From Minisyncoccota bacterium (lineage in GTDB: Bacteria > Patescibacteriota > Minisyncoccia > Minisyncoccales > PEYH01): 28,440 nucleotides of DNA. The notes beneath the pieces are model-generated. The model saw nothing but the letters and a program-made list of their open reading frames with translations, was not told the origin of the DNA and did no database searches. The stretch covers positions 1 through 28,440 of the forward strand of contig JAQTNP010000001.1 in the NCBI GenBank assembly GCA_028713795.1, in the 5' to 3' direction. The position numbers and the translations under genes were made by a program. Shown piece by piece: positions 1 to 8,201 of this stretch (position 1 is its first letter; every line of letters begins with the position of its first letter).

Positions 1-914
1 CCTCCGGCTAGATATATTCCCCTGCTCATAATATCAGCAACTAATTCAGGCGGGGTTTCTTCAATGGTATTTTTTACCTCCATTACTACTTCCTTAATGG
101 ATTTCTCTATTGCCTTTCTTACGTCTTCTTCATTGATGATAACTTCTTCAGGAAGACCGGTTATTAAATTCCTCCCCCTTATTGGCATTTCCCTTTTCTC
201 CTCTGTTTTGCCTTTTTCTTTCAAAGCGCAGGCGCTTCCTAATTTCATCTTTACCTGCTCTGCCGTCCTATCTCCGATAAGTAATTTGTATTCTTCTTGA
301 GAAAAATTAATAATATCGTCATTCAATTTATCTCCAGCAATCTTCAAGCTCTTAGATAAGACAATCCCTCCTAAAGATATGACAGCGATTTCTGTTGTTC
401 CGCCTCCCATATCTACAACAAAATTACCCCCGGCTTCTTGGACTGGCAAGCGGGCTCCGATGGCAGCTGCCATCGGCTGCTCTATCAAAAACACCTTTTG
501 AGCTCCTGTACTTTTACCCGCATCTTTTACTGCTTTTTTCTCTACTTCAGTCAATCCGCAAGGAATGCCGATAATCAATCTTGGTTTTGGAAATACGGCT
601 TTTCCATTGTAAGAGGCCTGGACAAAATACTTGAGCATTTGTTCTGCCACTTCAAAATCTGAAATGACGCCATTCATTAATGGCTTGGTTGCAACAATAT
701 GGGCAGGAGTCCTGCCTACCATTTTTTTAGCTTCTTTTCCTATAGCTAAAATCTGATTGGTCTTTTGATTTACAGCAACAACAGATGGTTCCCTTATCAC
801 AATGCCTTCTCCCTTTACATATACCAAGGTATTGGCTGTGCCTAAATCAACAGCAATATCTTTACCCAATCTTCCGAATAAATTTCCAGTTAGTATTCTT
901 TTTAATCCTGCCAT
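1..914 (-). CDS. mreB: Rod shape-determining protein MreB (copy 1), 3' end runs off the window
   Basis: Not in the ORF track; translated by hand from ATG at 914, overlapping the proS stop: MAGLKRILTGNLFGRLGKDIAVDLGTANTLVYV...EPSVVA...VDMGGGTTE...ETPPELVADIMSRGIYLAGG. Actin-fold phosphate motifs are present. Confidence 0.93.
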   Translation of the reverse strand, partial: MAGLKRILTGNLFGRLGKDIAVDLGTANTLVYVKGEGIVIREPSVVAVNQKTNQILAIGKEAKKMVGRTPAHIVATKPLMNGVISDFEVAEQMLKYFVQASYNGKAVFPKPRLIIGIPCGLTEVEKKAVKDAGKSTGAQKVFLIEQPMAAAIGARLPVQEAGGNFVVDMGGGTTEIAVISLGGIVLSKSLKIAGDKLNDDIINFSQEEYKLLIGDRTAEQVKMKLGSACALKEKGKTEEKREMPIRGRNLITGLPEEVIINEEDVRKAIEKSIKEVVMEVKNTIEETPPELVADIMSRGIYLAG

Positions 915-2161
915 TTTTTTAATAGTGTTTTAATTGAACTGATGCTTACTAAACTTTCTGTCTTTTTGTCCCTATGCTTTAATCCTACCTTGTTTTTTGC
1001 CAAATTCTTCTCGCCTACTATTAATCTTATGGGCATTCCCAAAAGATCTGATTCGGCTAATTTCTGCCCTGGGCTTACCTTTATCCTGTCATCGTATAAT
1101 ACTTCAATGCCTGCTTTTTGTAAATCTTGATATATCTTATCTGCAACTTTCCTTACTTTATGATTTTCATGGTCAAAGGACAAAAGATGGACTGTAAATG
1201 GAGCTATTTCTTTTGGCCAAATAATTCCATTCTCATCATGGTTCATTTCTATCACGGTAGCCATTAATCTTCCTATCCCTATTCCATAGCAACCCATAAT
1301 CACTAATTTCTTCTGACCGTCTTTATCCAAAAAATACAGATTGAATGCCTTGGCATATTTTTCTCCCAAAGGAAATATATTTCCTATTTCTATCCCTCTC
1401 TCTAATTTTAGAAGAGACGAGCAATTAGGGCATTTGTCCCCTTCCTTCAATTTAGCTATCTCTTTGTTTCTGGCAAAAGAACATTTTGGACAATACAAGA
1501 CTGTGTCTTCTCCAGCATCAGTCAACACCTGAAATTCATGGGTGAAATCATTGGTAAAACCTAAGCCAGATGCTTCTACCATTACAGGATCTAATCCGCA
1601 TCTTTTAAATATCTTAAAATATGCGCTGGCTGCTTTTTTGTAATAATCTTGGAAATCAACCATATCTGCATGAAAGCTGTACAGATCTTTCATTAAGAAT
1701 TCTCTGGTTCTTAAAAGCCCTCCGGAAAATCTCATTTCATTTCTGAATTTTGTCTGTATCTGATAAAGATACAATGGCAAATCTCTGTATGAAGAAATAT
1801 TCTTAACAGCTAATTGAGTAATTACTTCTTCATGGGTAGGACCTAAAGCCAGCTCTTTATCGTGCCTGTCTTTCAATTTGAAGAGCGGCGGATCCATATG
1901 TTCCCATCTATCTGTCTGTTCCCAAATATTTTTAGGCTGCAAGGTTGGCAAGAATACTTCCTGGCCTCCGATAGCATTCATCTCTTCTCTAATAATATTG
2001 CAAATCTTTTTGCTGACCAAAAGCCCTAGAGGCAAAAAACTATACACTCCTGAAATTAGTTGATCAATAAAGCCGCCTCTTAATAGCAGCTTATGCGAAA
2101 TAGTATCTGCTTCTTTTGGAGCTTTTTTTTCTGTTTTGCAGAATAGAATTGATTGTTTCAT
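902..2161 (-). CDS. proS: Prolyl-tRNA synthetase, short form lacking the INS editing domain
   Basis: LRGGFIDQLISGVYSFLP, GPTHEE, motif 2 FRNEMR..GLLRTREFLMKDLYSF, GIEIGNIF, motif 3 MGCYGIGIGRL, C-terminal anticodon domain; 419 aa. Confidence 0.96.
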   Translation of the reverse strand: MKQSILFCKTEKKAPKEADTISHKLLLRGGFIDQLISGVYSFLPLGLLVSKKICNIIREEMNAIGGQEVFLPTLQPKNIWEQTDRWEHMDPPLFKLKDRHDKELALGPTHEEVITQLAVKNISSYRDLPLYLYQIQTKFRNEMRFSGGLLRTREFLMKDLYSFHADMVDFQDYYKKAASAYFKIFKRCGLDPVMVEASGLGFTNDFTHEFQVLTDAGEDTVLYCPKCSFARNKEIAKLKEGDKCPNCSSLLKLERGIEIGNIFPLGEKYAKAFNLYFLDKDGQKKLVIMGCYGIGIGRLMATVIEMNHDENGIIWPKEIAPFTVHLLSFDHENHKVRKVADKIYQDLQKAGIEVLYDDRIKVSPGQKLAESDLLGMPIRLIVGEKNLAKNKVGLKHRDKKTESLVSISSIKTLLKKWQD

Positions 2162-2162
2162 A

Positions 2163-3275
2163 TTATTTGATAAAAAACTGATATATATCCTTTATAGCAA
2201 TAACTATAGACAGTCCTATTAAAATAATAAAGCCGACAAAATTGAAAACTCTCTCAAATTTCTCCGGAGCATTCTTTTTAAATATTGCCTCATATATTAC
2301 AAAAAGCATTTTCCCTCCATCAGCAGCGGGAATTGGCAAGATATTAATTAAAGCCAAGCCAAGAGAAATTACGGCAACAAAATTCAATATTTGCCATATC
2401 CCCTGATCAATAATAGCGCCGGTAATGGCAAACATTCCTACTGGGCCAACCATTGTATTTGCCAATGGCTTTATCGTACCCTGGGAAAATGCAGAAGATA
2501 TCAATCCCCCTAAAACTCTCAAGGAATAGTCCAAGGTAGAAATTGAATGCGTTATTCCTGAAAATATTCTCTGAGCGGTTGTATTATACTTCACCTCTAA
2601 AATCTGCTGCATCCCTATCCCCAAAAACCCTTTGCCGTCTTTAAGCTCTGGGATGGCTGTAATTTCCCTAGTTTCTTTTGAGGTGATATTTTTTACAGTA
2701 AAAGTAATTTCTTCTCCAGGCCTTGAAGATATAAAGGAAGTTAATGATTCTGGAGTATTGAATCTAACATCTCCAGAAGACATAACAACATCTAATTCTT
2801 TCAAGCTGCTTTTGGAAGCAGCTGAATCTTTTGCAATTTCCTGTATTAAAGGAAAGGTCTGCTGGTCTACAAAGATCATTCTTCTATTTCCTATTGATGC
2901 AGAATAGAAGGTGAATCCCTGGGCGATAAGAATGACGTAATAAATAATAACAGCAATTAAGAGATTAGCTGCCACTCCGGCTAATAGCAATTTAGTTTTA
3001 GTCCAAGGGCCTGCAGCATAATAGCCTCTTTTTGATTTTTTCTTTGGAACCGTTTCTTCGTCTTGCAATCTCACAAATCCTCCAAAAAATAAAGCATTAA
3101 TTGAATATACGGTTTCTCCAATCTTTTTTGACCAAATCCTAGGAGGATAGCCAATACCAAATTCTTCTACTAGCATTCCTGATTTTTTAGCAGCTATAAA
3201 ATGGCCAAATTCATGGACTAAAACTAAAAAACTAAGGATAAAAAGAAAAATTAATAATGTAAAAATGAAAAACAT
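2163..3275 (-). CDS. rseP: Site-2 intramembrane metalloprotease (M50, RseP/RasP) with PDZ-like insert
   Basis: HEFGH zinc motif, EFGIGYPP, GGFVRL, C-terminal NILPIPAADGG, several TM segments. Confidence 0.92.
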   Translation of the reverse strand: MFFIFTLLIFLFILSFLVLVHEFGHFIAAKKSGMLVEEFGIGYPPRIWSKKIGETVYSINALFFGGFVRLQDEETVPKKKSKRGYYAAGPWTKTKLLLAGVAANLLIAVIIYYVILIAQGFTFYSASIGNRRMIFVDQQTFPLIQEIAKDSAASKSSLKELDVVMSSGDVRFNTPESLTSFISSRPGEEITFTVKNITSKETREITAIPELKDGKGFLGIGMQQILEVKYNTTAQRIFSGITHSISTLDYSLRVLGGLISSAFSQGTIKPLANTMVGPVGMFAITGAIIDQGIWQILNFVAVISLGLALINILPIPAADGGKMLFVIYEAIFKKNAPEKFERVFNFVGFIILIGLSIVIAIKDIYQFFIK

Positions 3276-3276
3276 A

Positions 3277-3840
3277 TTATATTTCCATTATTTCTCTGGT
3301 TTTATTATCAGCTATCTCGTCTACCTTCTTATTATACTTATCAACAATTTCCTGTATATCGTCTTTGGCTTTGAATTTGTCGTCCTCTGATATTTCCTTA
3401 TCATTAAATTTATTCTGTATCTCTTTTAATATCTCATCTCTCCATTTTCTGATTATTTCTCTTGCTCCTTCTTTTTCTCGTCCGACTTGGGCTGTTAGAT
3501 TTTTTCTGAATTCTTCGGTCAAGCTAGGCAGATTAATCCTTATCCCGTTCTGATCGACAGAAGGAGAAACTCCCAAGCTAGATTCAGAAATTGCCTTGCT
3601 GATAATATTGATCATTGACTTGTCCCATGGCTGGATATATATCTGCCTTGGTTCAGGACAAGAAATGGCAGCTGTCTGCTTTAATGGCATCATCTGCCCG
3701 TAATAGCTAACCATTAAATCTTCAACTAAAACAGGGCTAGCTTTGCCTGTTCTGATTTTCTTTAATTCCGAAAAGAAGAATTCTATTGCTTTTTCTACTT
3801 CAGGAGTTTTGCTTTCAATTATTGTTTTGTAATTTATCAT
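3277..3840 (-). CDS. frr: Ribosome recycling factor
   Basis: IRTGKASP, YYG..PL.Q.A.I, IQPWDKS, IRINLPSLTEE.RK. Confidence 0.95.
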   Translation of the reverse strand: MINYKTIIESKTPEVEKAIEFFFSELKKIRTGKASPVLVEDLMVSYYGQMMPLKQTAAISCPEPRQIYIQPWDKSMINIISKAISESSLGVSPSVDQNGIRINLPSLTEEFRKNLTAQVGREKEGAREIIRKWRDEILKEIQNKFNDKEISEDDKFKAKDDIQEIVDKYNKKVDEIADNKTREIMEI

Positions 3841-4748
3841 ATATCTAGTAAAAATAATTCTAATGTTAATCTTGTATTCAATGGGGCAGTTGTAGAAAGA
3901 TATTGATAATTCTGCAAAGAATTAATTATCTTCCTTGTATTGTCTAGTCCCCATTGAGCCTGATAATCTGATTTAATTATATAATTTTTCATCAATTGTC
4001 TGAAATATGACAGCCATATTTCAAATGTTTGATCTAAATCTACTTCCTTAGACAGCCAGGCAGCATATTCAAATCTATCATACAAATTCTGTTTTTTAGT
4101 ATTCTCTATTTCTTCAATTCTTTTTGACCATATCTGACCTGTTTCTGTTTTCTCCAATATATTGATTGCTAATCCGGGCCTTCCTAAAGAATATATTGAA
4201 ACATTTTCTGAAAAATTAATCTTTTCCCCTAAATTCTTTTCAATAACTTTTTCATCTATTAAATCGAATCTTACCTGTTGGCATCTTGAAACAATTGTCG
4301 TTAAAAGATTCTGGGGATACTCGCTGACAAGAATGAAAATCTTTTTTCCTTTCGGCTCTTCTAACTGTTTTAATAAGGCGCTCTGCGCTTCAAATGTCAT
4401 CAAGTGAGCATTATCTATTATCGCCACCTTATATCCATCATTAATGCTAGACATTGCCATTTTATCCCTCAAGCTCCTTATCTGATCTATTGAAATACTC
4501 TTCTTGCCTTCTTCGGGCTCTATCAATAAAACATCAGAGTACAAGCTATTACCTATCTGTAAACATGTCTTGCACGCATTACAAGGAGCATTCTTTTCTT
4601 TACAATGAAGATATTTTGCCAGCTCAATTGCTATTCTTTTTTTTCCGATCTGGCTTGGCCCATGAAACAAATATGCATGGCTCAGCTTATTGCTGTCAGC
4701 GCTCAGCTTAAGGAATTCCCATTGTTTTTTATGCCCTATTATTTCCAT
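3837..4748 (-). CDS. holB: DNA polymerase III delta-prime clamp-loader subunit
   Basis: SHAYLFHGPSQIGK, Cys zinc module C..PCNACKTC, ISIDQIR, ALLKQLEEP, LLTTIVSRCQ. ATGA overlap with frr. Confidence 0.88.
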   Translation of the reverse strand: MEIIGHKKQWEFLKLSADSNKLSHAYLFHGPSQIGKKRIAIELAKYLHCKEKNAPCNACKTCLQIGNSLYSDVLLIEPEEGKKSISIDQIRSLRDKMAMSSINDGYKVAIIDNAHLMTFEAQSALLKQLEEPKGKKIFILVSEYPQNLLTTIVSRCQQVRFDLIDEKVIEKNLGEKINFSENVSIYSLGRPGLAINILEKTETGQIWSKRIEEIENTKKQNLYDRFEYAAWLSKEVDLDQTFEIWLSYFRQLMKNYIIKSDYQAQWGLDNTRKIINSLQNYQYLSTTAPLNTRLTLELFLLDI

Positions 4749-4758
4749 ATTCTGGAAA

Positions 4759-5763
4759 CTATTTTTTTGTCATGATGCTCTTTTTATACACATCAAGATT
4801 TTCAAGAACAACTCCTGTTCCTTTGGCAACGCAGAACAGTGCTTCATCTGCAACAAAACAAGGAACTCCTGTCATCTTAGCCACCAATTGATCAAGATTT
4901 CTTAATAAAGCTCCGCCTCCAGACAACACCATTCCCCTATCCATGATATCAGCGGATAGTTCTGGAGGAGTTTCTCTTAAAACAACCTTGATCGACTGTA
5001 CAATCTCTTCCAAGACTCTTCCAATTGCTTCACATACTTCATTGGAATTGACTTTGATTGTTTTTGGCAATCCTAAAATCAAATCTCTTCCTTTTACTTC
5101 CATAATCCTTTCTTTCCTTTCGGGAACTGCCGTCCCTATCTTTATCTTAATCTCTTCGGCCGTCTGTTCCCCAACGGCTAGATTATGTCTTTTCTTAATA
5201 TATTCAGAAATTGCAAGATTCATTTTGTCTCCTGCCATTCTTACTGAATTTACAGTAACAATTCCTCCAAGAGAAATTACAGCTACTTCAGTTGTTCCGC
5301 CTCCCACATCAATAATCATATGGCCGGAACAACTGTTAATCGGAATTCCTGCGCCAATAGCAGCCAGTATTGGTTCCTTAGCAACAAATGCTGCTTTTCC
5401 TCCTGCCTCCATTGCCGCCTCAATTACAGCTCTTTTTTCAGTAGAAGTTATCCCGGCAGGAACAGAAATTATCAATTCAGGCTTAAAAATCTGAAACCAG
5501 GGTTTTGTCTTCTCGATAAAATACCTGAGCATTGCCAAAGTAACTCTGTAATCAGCGATGACTCCATCTTTTAATGGGCGATATACCCTGATAGTATCAG
5601 GAGTTCTTCCTGTCATTTCTTTAGCTTCTTTGCCTACGGCCAATATCTTGTTTTCGTCAACAGAAACAGCAACAACAGAAGGCTCATTCAAAACAACTCC
5701 TTTCTTGGGAATATATACCAACGAATTGCATGTTCCTAAATCTATTCCAATTTTTCTAATCAT
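4759..5763 (-). CDS. mreB: MreB/Mbl-family actin homologue (copy 2)
   Basis: GIDLGTCNS, EPSVVA, RPLKDGVIAD, IDVGGGTTE, TPPELSADI, LSGGGALL. Confidence 0.94.
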   Translation of the reverse strand: MIRKIGIDLGTCNSLVYIPKKGVVLNEPSVVAVSVDENKILAVGKEAKEMTGRTPDTIRVYRPLKDGVIADYRVTLAMLRYFIEKTKPWFQIFKPELIISVPAGITSTEKRAVIEAAMEAGGKAAFVAKEPILAAIGAGIPINSCSGHMIIDVGGGTTEVAVISLGGIVTVNSVRMAGDKMNLAISEYIKKRHNLAVGEQTAEEIKIKIGTAVPERKERIMEVKGRDLILGLPKTIKVNSNEVCEAIGRVLEEIVQSIKVVLRETPPELSADIMDRGMVLSGGGALLRNLDQLVAKMTGVPCFVADEALFCVAKGTGVVLENLDVYKKSIMTKK

Positions 5764-5774
5764 TTTTTTTAAAA

Positions 5775-7040
5775 TTAATCTTCTACTCTTTTTATATCTG
5801 CTCCCAATAATTGCAACCTTTCCTCTATCTTTTCATATCCCCTGTCTATCTGATAGATATTGCTGATTATAGTAGTTCCTTTAGCTATCAAGGCCCCAGC
5901 AATTAAAGAAGCTCCTCCCCTAATATCTGGCGAATTAACCTCTATCCCGAATAACTGAGTAGGACCATTTACTATCGCCCTATGAGGATCTGCAAAGATT
6001 ATCTGCGCCCCCATTTTATTCAACTCTTCCAGATATTTCAAGCGGTTTTCATACAAAGGATCGTGCAACAATGTTGGACCATTGGCCTGGGTTGCCAATA
6101 CTCCGAACAAAGGAAGAATATCGCTTCCTATTGAAGGATACGGCAATGACTGCACCTTTTCAATCTTTAATTCAGACCAAGGCCTGACATTGATTGTGGT
6201 TTCATCAATAATATCAAAAGGCACGCCAGAGTCCTTTAATTTCTTCAATGGCAATTCAAGATATTTCAATGGAGCATTTTTTATCACAACGTTTCCTTTT
6301 ACAGCTGCCGATAGAAGAATAAATGTTCCTGCTTCAATAGGATCATACATTACAAAATGCTTGAATCCTTTTAATTTTTCTTTTCCCTTAATCTTTAATT
6401 CATGCGTTCCAATACCTTCAATATGGGCTCCCATATCAACCAATACGTTTGCCAATTCCTTCACTTGATAATCACAGTCAGCTATTTTGACTTCCGTATC
6501 TTCTGAAAAATTAGCAAGGAAAAGCAAAATATTTTCTGTAGCAGTTACGCTTAATTCATTCAAGATAATATTTCTTGATTTTAATTTTCCGTCAAAATCA
6601 AAAGTAAAACTGTCTTCCTCTGGAACTATATCTGCTCCTGCCTGCTTCAATACATCAAGATGCGTAGATATTGGTCTGGCGCCGATAATACAGCCTCCTG
6701 GCTGCGCAAATTTTAATTTCCTGAATCTTGCTAACAAGGGGCCGACTAGAAGAACTGACCCCCTGAATTTTTTAATCAGCCCTTTGTCTAATTTTTCAGG
6801 ATCAATGTCTTTTGTATTAATCTCAATTTTTCTTTCATTCAACCATGTAATTTTAGCTCCCATTCCCTGTATTATCTCAATCATTTTCAAAATATCTTCT
6901 ATCAATGGAAGATTATCGATAACGCAGGTTTCTTCTGTTAAAAGAGTGGCAGCCAAAATGGGAAAAGCGGCATTTTTAGCTCCCCTTACCTCTATTTCCC
7001 CTTTTAATGGCTGGCCTCCGTTGATTATGAATTTAGACAT
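5775..7040 (-). CDS. murA: UDP-N-acetylglucosamine 1-carboxyvinyltransferase
   Basis: GAKNA, RGSVLL.GPL, PGGCIIGARP (active-site Cys loop), DIRGGASL. Start moved from 7082 to the ATG at 7040 (MSKFIINGG), downstream of the predicted promoter. Confidence 0.95.
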   Translation of the reverse strand: MSKFIINGGQPLKGEIEVRGAKNAAFPILAATLLTEETCVIDNLPLIEDILKMIEIIQGMGAKITWLNERKIEINTKDIDPEKLDKGLIKKFRGSVLLVGPLLARFRKLKFAQPGGCIIGARPISTHLDVLKQAGADIVPEEDSFTFDFDGKLKSRNIILNELSVTATENILLFLANFSEDTEVKIADCDYQVKELANVLVDMGAHIEGIGTHELKIKGKEKLKGFKHFVMYDPIEAGTFILLSAAVKGNVVIKNAPLKYLELPLKKLKDSGVPFDIIDETTINVRPWSELKIEKVQSLPYPSIGSDILPLFGVLATQANGPTLLHDPLYENRLKYLEELNKMGAQIIFADPHRAIVNGPTQLFGIEVNSPDIRGGASLIAGALIAKGTTIISNIYQIDRGYEKIEERLQLLGADIKRVED

Positions 7041-7053
7041 ATAAGATGTTTTA

Positions 7054-7082
7054 ATATTAAACCAAAAATCAATGATTGGCAA
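7054..7082 (-). promoter_or_regulatory. Putative sigma70 promoter of the murA operon
   Basis: Minus strand TTGCCA (7082-7077), 17 nt, TAATAT (7059-7054); predicts a very short leader without SD. Confidence 0.55.
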
Positions 7083-7084
7083 AT

Positions 7085-7128
7085 GGAAAAGAAAGAGGGT
7101 CCGAACCGCGCAAGAGCACGGCCGGACC
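7085..7128 (-). terminator. Intrinsic terminator of the NUDIX gene
   Basis: After tandem TGA TGA: GGTCCGG-CCGTGC-TCTT-GCGCGG-T-TCGGACC (13 bp, two G-U pairs, one bulge) followed by CTCTTTCTTTT. Confidence 0.75.
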
Positions 7129-7133
7129 GCTCA

Positions 7134-7622
7134 TCATTCGCCGAAGAATCGGCGAGCCCGGAACGCGAAACTGATCATCTCGCGAATCCGAGGAAACAAC
7201 TTTAATTCAGGAAGTTCCGAATCAGAGATCCAGCGGATCTCCTCAATCTCGCTTAGTGGCTTAGGATCCCCCACAGCTCTTATAAAGAAACTGAGGGCGC
7301 AATCTTGCCACTTTGCGGCGAGACGAGGAATGGCTGTATCCGCTTCCACGGATATGACATTCATCCCCGTCTCTTCAAGAACTTCCCTTCTGATCGCCAC
7401 TTCAAATGGATTGCAACCGGTCTCAGCTGCCTCCACTTGATCAGCGATCTCCAATCTTCCTCCGGGCAGTGACCAGTGGTCCTGCCCTTTGGCCCTCACC
7501 ACGAGTATGCGCCCATCTCGAAAGATGAAGGCGAATACTCCCAGGAACCACATTGGCTTCGTCTCCAATTGCTTGGAAACATCCTCCAATCTAGTCCCTG
7601 GCGCCACCCGGACTCTTTTCAT
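7134..7622 (-). CDS. NUDIX hydrolase (GC-rich), Nudix box with insertion
   Basis: ILVVR, WSLPGGRLE...RREVLEETG, EIEEIRW. Start set at ATG 7622 behind SD-like GGGGGTGG; the ORF track starts at 7655, which overlaps the predicted -10/+1 region. Confidence 0.85.
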   Translation of the reverse strand: MKRVRVAPGTRLEDVSKQLETKPMWFLGVFAFIFRDGRILVVRAKGQDHWSLPGGRLEIADQVEAAETGCNPFEVAIRREVLEETGMNVISVEADTAIPRLAAKWQDCALSFFIRAVGDPKPLSEIEEIRWISDSELPELKLFPRIREMISFAFRARRFFGE

Positions 7623-7655
7623 ATGCCACCCCCATGGCACAAGACAGCTAATCAT

Positions 7656-7684
7656 ACTATATCACAAAAATAGCTTTATGTAAA
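7656..7684 (-). promoter_or_regulatory. Putative sigma70 promoter of the NUDIX gene
   Basis: TTTACA (7684-7679), 17 nt, TATAGT (7661-7656), with extended -10 TG (GTGATATAGT). Confidence 0.65.
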
Positions 7685-7696
7685 GCATAATAAGGG

Positions 7697-7725
7697 AAAC
7701 AAAAAATTGCTCTTTTTAAAGCAAT
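7697..7725 (-). terminator. Weak intrinsic terminator after the HTH gene
   Basis: ATTGCT-TTAAAAAG-AGCAAT followed by TTTTTGTTT on the minus strand. Confidence 0.45.
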
Positions 7726-7732
7726 CTTTTGG

Positions 7733-7978
7733 CTACTTTTTTTGACATTTTTTGATAAACCTTTCAAGCTCTTTTTCTTGTATCCTATATATCCTCCTAT
7801 TAAACTGTATTGCCTTAATCTTCCCTGCCCTAATGTATTCAAGAATTGTTTCTCTTCTTAATCTCAATCTTTCTGCAGCTTCTTGGGTAGTCAAAAGAGT
7901 CATCGCTCTAATCTTTTTAACTTCACGATTTTTTTGCTCAAATAGCGGAGTACCTTTTTTTGTTTTTATTTCTGCCAT
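7733..7978 (-). CDS. Stand-alone excisionase-like (Xis/HTH_17, MerR-type) DNA-binding protein
   Basis: LLTTQEAAERLRLRRETILEYIRAGKIKAIQFNRRIYRIQEKELERFI matches the pattern LT..EAA..L......Y..I..G.L.A......YRI....L..F. Alternative start is ATG 7903. Confidence 0.8.
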   Translation of the reverse strand: MAEIKTKKGTPLFEQKNREVKKIRAMTLLTTQEAAERLRLRRETILEYIRAGKIKAIQFNRRIYRIQEKELERFIKKCQKK

Positions 7979-7991
7979 TAAAATATATTAA

Positions 7992-8196
7992 GAGGGGGCG
8001 AGGGAGAAGGAAGATCGTTTCCGAATCAGCGACCTGATCGGTTATATCAATCCCTCTCCCTCATCGTCTCAGAGCGGCATGCACTCTGACAACGATAACG
8101 GTAGGCCGTTGATCCAAGGAAGGAGTCCTGTATGCACTAACGAGTGATTGAGGGGTGGGTTCACTGATGGATCATAGCGCTACCGTGATAGTGCTA
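7992..8196 (-). ncRNA. Candidate structured RNA (sRNA or cis leader), family not recognised; strand not certain
   Basis: About 50% GC in an AT-rich intergenic region. Abutting helices 8000-8062, 8063-8096, 8097-8110, 8111-8173 (branched) and 8175-8196. G-U pairs and an A-rich internal loop favour the minus strand, and a promoter lies directly upstream. Confidence 0.6.
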
Positions 8197-8201
8197 ATTT
8201 T

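Noticed and set aside
7657-7842. 61-aa minus-strand ORF overlapping the HTH gene
   Set aside because: Alternative frame over the HTH 3' end, terminator and NUDIX promoter; no family features.
7733-7978. Prophage or ICE implied by the excisionase-like gene
   Set aside because: No integrase, att/tRNA site or other phage genes in the window.
8079-8147. 22-aa plus-strand ORF MHSDNDNGRPLIQGRSPVCTNE, and tiny minus-strand uORFs
   Set aside because: No RBS, start buried in a helix, and length expected by chance.
7993-8165. tmRNA (plus-strand GGGGGCG start, GACAACGATAAC resembling an ANDN tag, GGGTTCA)
   Set aside because: Too short, no ALAA-type tag end, no complete T-arm or acceptor 3' strand with CCA, and no permuted acceptor piece upstream.
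8000-8196. RNase P, SRP, 6S, TPP riboswitch or hammerhead identity for the structured element
   Set aside because: AGGAAGGAGTCC lacks a P4 partner and CR-V. TCAGGTC lacks the GGAA..AGCAG helix-8 half. The 5' and 3' ends do not pair as in 6S. ACCTGATC lacks the upstream CTGAGA on the same strand. No CUGANGA core.
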